Shown here piece by piece: positions 35,729-46,521 of a stretch of 64,000 nt of DNA. Position numbers and translations under genes: made by a program. Each line of letters opens with the position of its first letter. Within the stretch, counting starts at the first letter, position 1. The notes under the pieces were generated by a model. That model made no database searches. It was given only the letters and a program-made list of their open reading frames with translations, and was not told where the DNA came from. Source of the stretch: Nostocoides sp. (GTDB lineage: Bacteria; Actinomycetota; Actinomycetes; Actinomycetales; Dermatophilaceae); assembly GCA_016716625.1 (NCBI GenBank), contig JADJVJ010000005.1, forward strand, positions 4,237 through 68,236. The letters are read 5' to 3'.

Positions 35729-37311
35729 ATGGAGGCGTTGGCGATCTATGTCGGGGTCGCCCTGGTCGGCGGCCTGCTGGCCCTCCTCGTGCGCCTTCCG
35801 CCGCTGGTCGGGTTCATCGCCGGAGGGTTCGCCCTGAGCGCTCTGCACGCCCCGACCTTGGAGGCTCTGCCGACGATCTCGACCCTCGGGGTCACCCTGC
35901 TGCTCTTCGGGCTGGGACTCAAGGTCGAGGTCACACAGTTCCTCCGGCCCGAGGTCTGGGTCATCTCGCTCACCCACCTGGCCGGGAGCACCCTCCTCGG
36001 CGCGGCTCTGCTCGCCGCGGTCAAGTTCCTCGGGATCGCCCCGGTTGCGGACGACCCCTGGAGGGTGCTTTGGCTCATGGGATTCGCGGTGTCCTTCTCG
36101 AGCACGGTCTTCGTCGTCAAGCTCCTCGAGACCCGATCGGACACCCAGTCCGTCTATGGCTCGCTCTGCATCGGGGTGCTCATCGTCCAGGACATCGCGG
36201 CGATTGCGTTCCTTTCCCTCTCCGGTGACCGCACGCCTAGCCTCTGGATGCTCACCGTGCTTGCCACGCCGCTCGTGGCACACCTCCTGCGCCGGGTCTG
36301 GGGGATGCTCGCGCACGACCTCTCCTGGCTGTTCGGGGTCGCCGTGGCCCTGGTGCCCGGGTATGCCTGGTGGCACGCGGTGGGCCTCTCCGGCGAGCTC
36401 GGTGCGTTCATCCTCGGCGTCCTGCTCGCCTCACCCGGAGGCCGCCGAACTCTCCGCACCCTGTTTTCGATCAAGGAACTCCTTCTCGTCGGGTTCTTCC
36501 TCTCTGTCGGCGCGCTCGGTCTGCCCACCCTCGGACAACTCACCGTCGGGGCCCTTCTCGTCCTCGTGCTGCCCTTGCAAGGAGCCTCTACAGCGCGTTG
36601 CTCCACCTCTACCGTTACCGGCCCCGCACCTCCGTGCTCGCCGGGGCGGCGATGGCGAACAACTCCGAGTTCGGGCTCATCGTCACCGCCTTCGGCGTCT
36701 CGGCCGGACTGCTTCACGAAGGGTGGCTAGCGACCATGTCGGTGGCGGTGGCCTTGGGGTTTGTCGCGGCGACCCTGATCAATGCCAACCCGCGCTGGCT
36801 CATCCGGCGGATCGCCAGCCGGTTGCCCTGATTCGACGACGACGACCTCAATCCCAGGGACCGTCCGCTCAGCATCGGCGACGCTCAGGCCATCGTCCTC
36901 GGCATGGGACGCGTCGGGGCCGCGGTCCACCGCAGGCTCACCACGGCATACGGGCTGCGAGCCCTGGGCATCGAACACGACGAGGCCCGGGTCGCGCGGC
37001 TGCGACGCAAGGGCGTCGAGGTCCTCGAAGGCGACGCCACCGACGAGGGGTTCTGGGAGCGGGTCTCGGCCCCGCACAAGGTGGAGCTCGTCGTCCTCGC
37101 CATGCCCTTCCACGGAGCGAACATGGCCGCGCTCACGATGATCCGGGAGTCCGGGTACACCGGGGAGCTCGCCGCGGTGGCGCGTGACGACACCGACCTG
37201 CACGCGCTCAAGGCGGCCGGGGTCACCAGCGTGCTGCACATCTACACCGGCAGCGGGACCGCGCTCGCGGACCAGGTCGCCGAGGACCTTAACCTGCAGC
37301 GGCGGGGCTGA
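35729..37311 (+). pseudogene. Kef-type (CPA2) cation:proton antiporter with a C-terminal TrkA-N/RCK domain; disrupted by frameshift(s) and an in-frame TGA
   Basis: The membrane domain MEALAIYVGVALVGG... shifts frame at about 36583 (PLQG | SLYSALLHLYRYRPRTSVLAGAAMANNSEFGLIV). A compensating pair is possible at 36425-36465. TGA at 36829-36831 lies in frame between ...RRIASRLP and FDDDDLNPRDRPLSIGDAQAIVLGMGRVG (Rossmann GxGxxG). Confidence 0.7.
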
Positions 37312-37332
37312 GACGGTCGCTCGGGCCCGGGT

Positions 37333-38621
<1,289 letters not shown>

Positions 38622-38701
38622 GGGTACCAGCCTTCACTAACGAGCGGAGCGATGTCGTCTCGACGCTACCGGCCGAGACTGCGGTCACTCCCCATTGAAC
38701 G

Positions 38702-39325
38702 TCAGTGGGGCTCGGCGCGTCGCCTTTGTCGGCTCACAGCGAACTGGGCGAGAGCGGCGAGCCCGATGAGCACCACGACCCCACCGATGGCGTATGCCAG
38801 GTATGACGTGCCGCCTGCGGCGGTCGGGAGCGAGGCACCGGTCAGGGTGGGGTCCGGGGCTCGGCCCTGGCCCAGGAGCGTCGCGAGGTCGACATTGCGC
38901 GCAAGGTCGGTGCCGTCGCAGAGCGTGACCAGGAGTCCGCCGGCGGGAGTGCCGAAGAACGTGTCCCCGACTCCCCGACGCGCAAAGAAGACCCACGAAT
39001 CCTCGGTGAGTTCGCGACCGCAGGAGGCGCCACTGACAGGGCTGAAGACCTCGACCTCGGCGGGCACGGTGCCCTTGAAGACCCGGGTGACCCGGACGTC
39101 ATACCTCACGAGCGCCGCCGAGGAGCCGCCCGTGGGAGCCTCGGAACGCACCACCTCACCGGTGAAGACGGCATCGGCTGCCGCGCGCGCTTCCGCCGGG
39201 GACCGGTCCGCGCAGGAGCATGCCTGGCACGGGGTGGGCGCGACGGCGGCAACCCCCAGGGTGCCGATCACCGTGAGCAGGAAGACCGCGAGCCGGGATG
39301 CCATGACCGTTGGACGGTCCGGCAT
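38702..39325 (-). CDS. TIMP/NTR-like (tissue-inhibitor-of-metalloproteinase-fold-like) secreted protein with a C-terminal transmembrane anchor
   Basis: After a signal peptide the predicted mature N-terminus is CSCADRSPAEARAAADAVFTGEVV...YDVRVTRVFKG...VFSPVSGASCG...LLVTLCDG. This parallels the TIMP N-domain landmarks (CxC..P....A...D.V..G.V, Y.I....YKG, P....CG, ..T.C). Intact ORF. Confidence 0.5.
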   Translation of the reverse strand: MPDRPTVMASRLAVFLLTVIGTLGVAAVAPTPCQACSCADRSPAEARAAADAVFTGEVVRSEAPTGGSSAALVRYDVRVTRVFKGTVPAEVEVFSPVSGASCGRELTEDSWVFFARRGVGDTFFGTPAGGLLVTLCDGTDLARNVDLATLLGQGRAPDPTLTGASLPTAAGGTSYLAYAIGGVVVLIGLAALAQFAVSRQRRRAEPH

Positions 39326-39355
39326 CCCGGCTCGGTTCCACGCCAGGGCGGTCCG

Positions 39356-41491
39356 CTAAGGGGTAGCGAGCGGACGAGGCGCCCCCAGACTGGTGCCCTT
39401 GAGCTGCGGGAGCCTGAGCGGGGCGCGTTGGGAGAGGTCCGCGGATGCCGCGGAACGGCGCGAGAGCAGGGACGTCGAGGTCGGCACCGGGACGCCCGCA
39501 AGCTGCTGCGGTGATCCGGGGAAGAGCTCGAAGGTCCCGCTCACGTCGTAGAGAACCTCAACCGTCCCCTTGGCGTTGATGAGCCGATAGACGTTCGCGT
39601 TGTCAACCTCACTGAAGGCCGCGTTCGCGCGGGTGACCCCGGGAGCCAGATTGAGGTTGCTGATCCCCGGCATGGGGTCGGGGCCCCACATGCGCAGGTA
39701 CGTGGACGCCGAAGGGGCCACCCCGGTGAGATTGCCCGCGAGCGCGTAGGTGTCCCATCCCGCCACCGACAGCGGAGCCGTGATAACCGCTGGTGCGGCG
39801 GGCGCGGTCGGGATCGCTGCCGCCGCCAAGTCGGAGCGGGTGTCCAGGATTCGGGTGGGCGCCAAGGACCGGAACCTCAGCCCGGTCTCGGCACCCTCTC
39901 GGAAATAGAACCCGACGACATCGACGATGACGTGCACCGAGGCGGAGGTCGAGTTCGCCACGTAGAACGTGGGATACGGTCCCGAGCCGTCGTCCGCATA
40001 CGCCAACGAAGACCCTACCGTGGTCAAGGTCGCGGCCGTCCCGCCCTTGACATAGTTCACGGTGGATGTCGTCGGTGCTGAGTCCGCAGGGTCAAAGGAC
40101 ACGGCGGAGAGGAACCCTGACCCGGTGCCACCGGTGGCGGTCACGTTCACCACAAAAGCAGTGATGTCTGAGCTGAAGCTCCCGTAGTCGAGCGGGATGC
40201 TGGCGTAGTAGCCCGGGCCTAGGCGGACACCCCAGTCGGAGCGTGAGTCGAGAACCCTCTCGGGCACCGTTGGGGTGTAGTCGGCCCCCAATTCGCTCAC
40301 CTCGAGGATGGGGACTCCGGAGTAGATGCCGACGAGATCGGCAATGAGATGGGTCGATCCGGTGTTGTTGAAGAAGCTCGCCGAGCCGTTCGCGCCCAGC
40401 GGCACGGTTACGAGGTTGGACCCGGTGAAGCCAGCCGGGAAGTTGATGTTCGACGCCGTTGGGCGCGTCGCCCCGGCAGGGTATGCCGTCACAAAACTGC
40501 TCGCCGTCGCGCCCGTCACCGTGACGTTGAAGACCGCGGCGCTCACCCCGCTCGTCGGGATGTCGTTCTTGCCGGTCACCTTGAGAGTGACGACACCCTT
40601 CGGCCCGACGACGCCCTTGCGAACCCCGAGCCCGCTGCGAGTGTCCATCACGCGACCACTGCGGCTGAAGAACTGGCCGGTCCCGTTCTGACGGACACCC
40701 GTTGCCGAGAGATGGAGCGATGTGGTCGCCTCGGCGGGCTGGGTCTCGACGACGAGTCGGCTTTCTGGGAGGAAGTCGCGCGGCGTGCAGGCCACGGTGA
40801 CGGAACAGGACTCCATGTGTCCGAGGGTGCGTCCGGCACACGTGTTGGCTCCATGCATGACCACGAAGTCACCGGGACTAGGGTCGATTCGAGCCGTCAC
40901 GATTTGCGGGACCTTGGTCCCATGGCCGGTCACCATGACCGGTCGGGGGTCATTGGCAGTGCCAAAGAGGGGCTCGGACCAGAGTTCCCAGCGGGGAAAG
41001 TCCAGACCGCCGTACTCCACCGTCGATTGACCCCGGAGCTGGAGGGTGATCGAGTATCCGTTGCATGTGCCGGCGACGTCGGCAGCGAAGGACGACGGCT
41101 GCGACGAAGCGTCGAACACCAACTCGTGAATCGTGACCTCACCCTCAATTAGGCACAACAGTCCTGGGGCGGACACGTTGAGCATCTGCGCTTCCTGGGA
41201 ACCAACCGAGATGACCCCACTGGTCGGCAGTTGCGTCCCCTGGCTGGAGAGACTCACGACGGCATTGCCCAGCGGCCGGTATCCCGCAATTTCGAGCGAG
41301 AAGAGGCTACCGGTCATCCTCATGTTCGCATTGTCGGGATCCCAGACATGGCTGGGAGCCGCATCCGAAGGCCCGGTCACGATGGCCGTCGTAGGCCCGG
41401 CGCCGGCGGCATGCGCCGGCGGCTCGATTGCGACGAGACCGGCCAGTGTCAAGCACAGGGCCGTGATGGTGGCGAAAGCGCGCATGCGCAT
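39356..41491 (-). CDS. large secreted multidomain protein of unknown function, with a choice-of-anchor-D/ASH-like module and three copies of a roughly 120 aa repeat
   Basis: ATG 41491 behind GGAGGGG, with signal peptide MRMRAFATITALCLTLAGLVAIEPPAHA. It has a Cys-containing module (MHGANTCAGRTLGHMESCSVTVACTP). Three repeats follow, of the type (V/I)(L/M)DTRS..G...V.L.VTG...P..GVSA.V.NVT...A...G(F/Y).T.YP.G...P..S..N......N...V.L...G....N..G....I.D(V/L).G(Y/F)(Y/F). Confidence 0.55.
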   Translation of the reverse strand: MRMRAFATITALCLTLAGLVAIEPPAHAAGAGPTTAIVTGPSDAAPSHVWDPDNANMRMTGSLFSLEIAGYRPLGNAVVSLSSQGTQLPTSGVISVGSQEAQMLNVSAPGLLCLIEGEVTIHELVFDASSQPSSFAADVAGTCNGYSITLQLRGQSTVEYGGLDFPRWELWSEPLFGTANDPRPVMVTGHGTKVPQIVTARIDPSPGDFVVMHGANTCAGRTLGHMESCSVTVACTPRDFLPESRLVVETQPAEATTSLHLSATGVRQNGTGQFFSRSGRVMDTRSGLGVRKGVVGPKGVVTLKVTGKNDIPTSGVSAAVFNVTVTGATASSFVTAYPAGATRPTASNINFPAGFTGSNLVTVPLGANGSASFFNNTGSTHLIADLVGIYSGVPILEVSELGADYTPTVPERVLDSRSDWGVRLGPGYYASIPLDYGSFSSDITAFVVNVTATGGTGSGFLSAVSFDPADSAPTTSTVNYVKGGTAATLTTVGSSLAYADDGSGPYPTFYVANSTSASVHVIVDVVGFYFREGAETGLRFRSLAPTRILDTRSDLAAAAIPTAPAAPAVITAPLSVAGWDTYALAGNLTGVAPSASTYLRMWGPDPMPGISNLNLAPGVTRANAAFSEVDNANVYRLINAKGTVEVLYDVSGTFELFPGSPQQLAGVPVPTSTSLLSRRSAASADLSQRAPLRLPQLKGTSLGAPRPLATP

Positions 41492-41570
41492 GCGAAGTAC
41501 CCCTCCGTTGTTGGTACTCCTACGGTACCTCCGCAACGGACAAGGCACGCCTCAAACAAACCAACTTGGG

Positions 41571-42219
41571 TCAGTGGGAGGCTTTGCGGGAGGCAAGCAC
41601 CTCATCGATCAGGCCGTACTCGACGGCCTGGGCGGCGGAGAGGATCTTGTCGCGCTCGATGTCCTTGGCGACCGCCGCGACATCCCGGCCGGAGTGGTGG
41701 GCGATGGTCTCCTCGAGCCAGCCGCGCATCCGGATGATCTCGTTGGCGTGGATCTCCAGGTCGGAGGCCATGCCGCCGGTGCCCTCGATGGCAGGCTGGT
41801 GGATGAGCACCCGAGAGTTGGGCAGCGCGAACCGCTTACCTTTGGCGCCAGCGGCGAGCAGGACCGCCGCGGCCGACGCGGCCTGTCCGATGACGAAGGT
41901 CTGCACATCGGGACGGATGTATTGCATCGTGTCGTAGATCGCGGTCATCGCGGTGAACGAGCCGCCAGGGCTGTTGATGTACATGAGGATGTCGCGGTCC
42001 GGGTCCTGGGACTCGAGCACGATGAGCTGAGCGATGACGTCATCGGCCGAGGCGTCGTCGACCTGGACGCCGAGGGAAGATGATCCGGTCCTCGAAGAGC
42101 TTGGTGCAGGGGTCGAGGCGCTTCATCCCGTAGGAGGTGCGCTCCTCGAACTGCGGCAGGATGTACCGGCTCGTCGGGCCCGGCACCTGGAGGCGGCCGG
42201 AGGTGAGGTTGGCGTTCAT
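41571..42219 (-). pseudogene. clpP2: ATP-dependent Clp protease proteolytic subunit 2 with a +1 nt frameshift in this sequence
   Basis: [48 protein letters not shown] | [52 protein letters not shown]... There is an extra base in the GGG run at 42074-76 (a CCC run on the coding strand). Length is 649 nt (3n+1). Confidence 0.9.
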
Positions 42220-42231
42220 GTGAAGTGCTCG

Positions 42232-42932
42232 TCAGCTTTCGTCGTGCCCAAAGGCGGAGGTCACGGGGTTGTCGGCGAGCCGACCGGCCTGGACGGCCTT
42301 GGAGATGACGTGGTCGACGAAGCCGTAGTCCTTGGCTTCGGAGGCGGTGAACCAACGGTCGCGGTCAGAGTCGGCAGTGATCTGCTCGATGCTCTGACCC
42401 GTGTGCTCCGCGATGAGCTCGGCCATCTGCTTCTTGATGTGCAGGAGCTGCTCGGCCTGGATCTTGATGTCGGAGGCCGTGCCGCCGATACCGCCACTCG
42501 GCTGGTGCATCATGACGCGAGCGTGCGGTGTGGCGTAACGCTTCCCGGGGGTACCGGCCGAGAGCAGGAACTGGCCCATCGAGGCCGCCATACCCATGGC
42601 CACGGTCGCCACGTCATTGGGCACCCACTGCATGGTGTCGAAGATGGCCATCCCTGCGGTCACCGACCCACCGGGGCTGTTGATGTGAGCCAGATGTCCT
42701 TGTCCGGGTCCTCGGCGGCCAGCAGGAGCATCTGCGCGCAGATCGCATTGGCGTTGTCGTCACGGACATCCGAGCCCAGGAAGATGATCCGCTCCTTGAG
42801 GAGCCGGTTGAAGATGTGGTCGTCGAGACCGGTCTGCGGACCAGGTCCAGCGGCGACGATGTCGCTCGTGCTCACGGCTGTCGCTTTCTCATCGGGTGAC
42901 ACCGGGCGCGGCCCGGGTCGTGTCGTCGTCAT
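42232..42932 (-). pseudogene. clpP1: ATP-dependent Clp protease proteolytic subunit 1 with a -1 nt frameshift in this sequence
   Basis: ...[43 protein letters not shown] | [42 protein letters not shown]... One base is missing at about 42686 (CTC-TAC reads as CTCAC). Length is 701 nt (3n+2). Confidence 0.9.
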
Positions 42933-42953
42933 GACCCTAACGCGGCGACGTGC

Positions 42954-44162
42954 TCAGATCGTCCCCGGGTCGACGACTGTTCGCTCTGGGCGCACGTGGG
43001 CGGGCTGAGGCTCCCGGGCGGCGGGAATGACGAGTTGAGCGAACAAGGCCATGACTCCGACAACGGAGAGGGCCTGCAGCACCCCGACCTGATCGCCGAG
43101 GAAGCCGAGCAGGGGCGGCCCGGAGATGAACGCCGCATACCCGATGGTGGCGACCACCGACATCCGGGCCGGGGCCCGGGCCGGGTCATCCGCCGAGGCG
43201 CTCATCCCGACCGGGAACCCGGAGCGACACTCCGACGCCCCAGAGCGCCGTGCCGACATACGCCAGGACGTTGTTGCCGAAGACGACGAGCGCGGATCCG
43301 GCGAGCGCGAGCAGGAAGAGGACCCGGAGCACCGGCACCCGACCGTAGCGGTCGAGCAGGTGAGTCCCGACGAGCCGACCGACCGTCATGAAGAAGAGGA
43401 AGCTCGCGAACGCGAGCACCCCCACCAGCGGGCACGCCGTGGCCCTCGTGGAAGGCCACCGCCAGCCAGTCGTTGGCCGTCCTTCGGTGAAGGCGGCCAC
43501 GAAGGTGAGCACCCCGATGAGCAGCGTGCGCGGCTCGGTCCACGCTGATCTCTCTGGCGTGCGCTTCCCCGCCTCCGGTCCGGGCTCCTCCTCCCGATCC
43601 AGCGGGACGAACCTCGGCAGCGCCCAGACCATGGCCACGACCCCGGAGGACCACCGCCCCGGCGAAGTGCGGCACCAGCGCGACCTCGAGCCGAGACATC
43701 CCGGCTCCGATGAGCCCACTGACCACGGTTCCCCGCTGAAGGCGGCGTGAAAGTGCGGCATGGCGCTTACCCCGAGGAGCCGCTCCACATGCGCACCCTC
43801 GAGGTTCATCGCGACGTCCCAGACGCCGATGCCGAGCCCGAGGAGGGCAAGGCCGGTGGCCAGTCCCACCCGGCTCTGCCAGAGGTCGACCGCGACCGCA
43901 GCGACAGCGAAACCGGCCAGCACGATGGCGGCGGACGCCCCGATGGCCCGCAGCATCCCGAGGCGGTGCACGATCCGGCCAGCGAGCGGCATCGCGATCA
44001 GCGAACCCGCGGAGACGGCCAGCAGGGTCACCCCGAGTTCGGCCGCGCTCAACCCCAGGACGGCCTTGATGTCCGCGATCCGCGAGGCCCAGGTGGCGAA
44101 CGCCACCCGGCCATGGCAAAGACGACGAAAACGGCGGTGCGGGCTCGCCGGGCCTCAGTCAC
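42954..44162 (-). pseudogene. MFS transporter with about 6 frameshifts in 1.2 kb
   Basis: Recognisable MFS segments alternate between frames: VTEARRARTAVFVVFAMAG | AFATWASRIADIKAVLGLS...MPHFHAAFS | GGTVVSGLIGAGMSRLEVALVPHFAGAVV | AMVWALPRF...FVAAFTEG | ANDWLAVAFHEGHGVP | LVGVLAFASFLFFMTVGRLVG...WGVGVSL | GFPVGMSASADDP...PPLLGFLGDQVG. The breaks are near 44104, 43735, 43630, 43495, 43440 and 43235. Confidence 0.7.
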
Positions 44163-44203
44163 CAGCGCACCGACATCCGGTGCGGGCCGACCCCCCGGAC
44201 AGA

Positions 44204-44246
44204 GGTATGCCGTGGCTGCACCCTGCCCGCGCAGCCACGGCATACC
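44204..44246 (-). terminator. perfect 16 bp-stem hairpin downstream of tig, built from an inverted pair of the GTATGCCGT motif
   Basis: GGTATGCCGTGGCTGC (44204-44219), an 11 nt loop, then GCAGCCACGGCATACC (44231-44246). There is no U-tract, so its function as a terminator is inferred from position only. Confidence 0.45.
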
Positions 44247-44373
44247 AGTCCGAAGGCGAACCTGTGAGATCCCTGCACTGATTCCGCGATCACCATCCCC
44301 ATGGCGACTTCCGCCATCGTAATGCGCGCACTCCCGCCCAGCAACATCAGGGGAAGAAAGGGCAACGGAAGGA

Positions 44374-45687
44374 TCAGTGCGCTGACGACGGGGCGTCGTC
44401 GTCGGACTGAGCGCCCTCGGACTGAGGCATGAGCGTCTGCAGGTCGACGGCCTGGCCCGCGGTGTCGGTGATCGTGGCCTTCTCCAGGACGACCGAGAGC
44501 GCCTTGCGCCGCGCCACCTCGGCGACCATCGCGGGGATCTGTCCCTGCTGGTCGACCGCCTGTGCGAACGAGTTGGGGTCCATGCCGTACTGCTGGGCGC
44601 TCATGACGAGGTACTCGATGAGTTCGGGCTGCCCGACCTGGACCTCGAGCTTCTCGGCGAGGGCGTCGAGGAGGAACTGGGCACGGAATGCCTTGCGGGT
44701 GTTCTCCTGCACCTCGGCGCGGTGCTCGGCGTCCTCGAGCCGGTCCTCACCTTCGAGGTGAGCATGGACCTCGTCCTCGACGATGCCGTCCGGGACGGCG
44801 ACCTCGGTCACCTCGAGGAGGTGCTCCAGGACCTTGTCACGAGCCTGGATGCCCTGCTCGAAGCGCTTACCCTGCTCGGCCTGCGCGGTGATGTCGGCGC
44901 GGAGTTCCTCGAGGGTGTCGAACTGGGAAGCGAGCTGCGCGAAGTCGTCGTCGAGCTCGGGGAGCTCGCGGACCTTGACGGACTGGACGGTGACCACGCA
45001 GTCGGCGGGCGCACCCTCGTGCTCGCCGCCGGCGAGCGGCGCGGCGAACTCCTTGGTTTCCCCGGCGGACAAGCCCACGAGGGCCTCGTCGAGGCCTTCG
45101 AGCATCGTGCCGGAACCGACCTCGTAGGAGACCCCGTTCACCGAGTCGATCGGCTCACCGTTAATCGTCGCAGAGAGGTCAATGGAGACGAAGTCGCCGT
45201 CCTGGGCGGCACGTTCGACCCCGATCAGGGTGCCGAAGCGCTGCCGCAGCGCGGTCATCCGCTCCTCAACATCTTCCGGGCTCGCCGAGACCGGGTCGAC
45301 CGTGACCGCAAGGCCGTCAAGGTCGGGCAGGGCGATCTCGGGACGGATGTCGGTCTCGACGGTGAACTCCAGGTCCTGGCCGTCCTCGAGCGGAACCCCG
45401 GTGACGTCGACCTCGGGGCGCCCGATCGCGCGCACCTGCTCGGCCTCGACGGCGTCGGCGAAGAACTTGGGGAGGGCGTCGTTGACCGCCTCCTGGACCA
45501 CGGCACCCCGACCCACACGCTGGTCGATGATCCGGCGGGGCACGTGTCCACGGCGGAAGCCCGGCACCTGGATCTGGGACCCGATCGTGGTGTACGCCGC
45601 GTCGAGCATCGGCTTGAGCTCGTCGAACGGAACCTCGACGACGATCTTGACCCGGGTCGGGCTGACGGACTCGACGGCACTCTTCAC
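44374..45687 (-). CDS. tig: trigger factor
   Basis: GTG 45687 behind GAAGG gives VKSAVESVSPTRVKIVVEVPFDELKPMLDAAYTTIGSQIQVPGFRRGHVPRRIIDQRVG... It has an acidic C-terminal tail and sits upstream of clpP1P2. Confidence 0.93.
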   Translation of the reverse strand: MKSAVESVSPTRVKIVVEVPFDELKPMLDAAYTTIGSQIQVPGFRRGHVPRRIIDQRVGRGAVVQEAVNDALPKFFADAVEAEQVRAIGRPEVDVTGVPLEDGQDLEFTVETDIRPEIALPDLDGLAVTVDPVSASPEDVEERMTALRQRFGTLIGVERAAQDGDFVSIDLSATINGEPIDSVNGVSYEVGSGTMLEGLDEALVGLSAGETKEFAAPLAGGEHEGAPADCVVTVQSVKVRELPELDDDFAQLASQFDTLEELRADITAQAEQGKRFEQGIQARDKVLEHLLEVTEVAVPDGIVEDEVHAHLEGEDRLEDAEHRAEVQENTRKAFRAQFLLDALAEKLEVQVGQPELIEYLVMSAQQYGMDPNSFAQAVDQQGQIPAMVAEVARRKALSVVLEKATITDTAGQAVDLQTLMPQSEGAQSDDDAPSSAH

Positions 45688-45852
45688 TGTGGGACCTTCG
45701 TACTGGTGGAAAGGGGGCGGGTGCCACACCGAGAGGGGGCAGGCGAACACGCCTGGTCGGGAGGCAACAGCCACCCATCCTAGCCGTGCAGGGCAGGCGG
45801 ATCCCAAACGGCCCACGGCCTAGGCACAGGGCTCCAGGCCGGGTGGGTGTGG

Positions 45853-46521
45853 TCAGTCCTCGGCGCTGAAGGTCTCGACCTTGACCCGCTCGCCGGAGAC
45901 GATGACGAGGTCGCCCGCGGAGACCACGGTTTCGGGGGTCGCATGGGTGAAGTCCTGACCGGGCGTCTTGATCCCGACGATGGTCACGCCATACTTCGTG
46001 CGCACCCCGGACTCACCCAGCGGCATCCCGGTGATCGCCTTCGGCGGGACGGTCTTGACGATGGCGTACCCGTCGTCGAACTCGATGTAGTCGAGCATCT
46101 TCCCGCGCACGAGATGGGCGACCCGGCGGCCCATGTCGTGCTCCGGGCGGACGACGTGGCCAACGCCGACCTGCTCGAGGATCCGGGCCATCGACTCGCT
46201 CGTCGCCTTGCCCCAGATGTTGTCGACCCCCAGGGTCTTCAGGACGAACGCGGAGAGCACGGATGCCTCGAGGTCGGTGCCGATGGCGATGACGGCACGA
46301 TCGAAGTCCTGGACCGAGAGCTGACGCATGGCCTCGAGGTCGGTCGAGTCGGCCTCGACGACATGAGTGATCCGCCCGGCCAGGCTCTGGACGCGGCGTG
46401 GGTCGGTGTCGATGCCGAGGACCTCGACCCCGTCCCGCTCCAGTTCGAGGGCGAGCGACTTGCCGAAGCGGCCGAGACCGATGACGACGACGCCGCCGAC
46501 CTCAGCAATGTGCTTAGCCAA
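45853..46521 (-). CDS. trkA: Trk/Ktr potassium-uptake system NAD-binding (RCK) subunit
   Basis: 222 aa: VVVIGLGRFGKSLALELERDGVEVLGID (Rossmann) plus an RCK_C domain. Confidence 0.9.
   Translation of the reverse strand: MAKHIAEVGGVVVIGLGRFGKSLALELERDGVEVLGIDTDPRRVQSLAGRITHVVEADSTDLEAMRQLSVQDFDRAVIAIGTDLEASVLSAFVLKTLGVDNIWGKATSESMARILEQVGVGHVVRPEHDMGRRVAHLVRGKMLDYIEFDDGYAIVKTVPPKAITGMPLGESGVRTKYGVTIVGIKTPGQDFTHATPETVVSAGDLVIVSGERVKVETFSAED

Noticed and set aside
36829-36831. The TGA inside the Kef-type gene read as selenocysteine or as programmed read-through.
   Set aside because: I could see no SECIS-like hairpin immediately downstream. The position is an inter-domain linker, not a redox site. 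The gene also carries frameshifts.
42070-42690. The single frameshifts in clpP2 and clpP1 interpreted as programmed ribosomal frameshifting.
   Set aside because: Neither site has a slippery heptamer or a downstream stimulatory structure. One is a +1 nt change and the other a -1 nt change. Similar lesions hit unrelated neighbouring genes.
44159-44365. A 68 aa ORF in the tig-MFS intergenic region.
   Set aside because: It has no RBS, its composition is like a shadow ORF, and it spans the hairpin. It is more likely non-coding.
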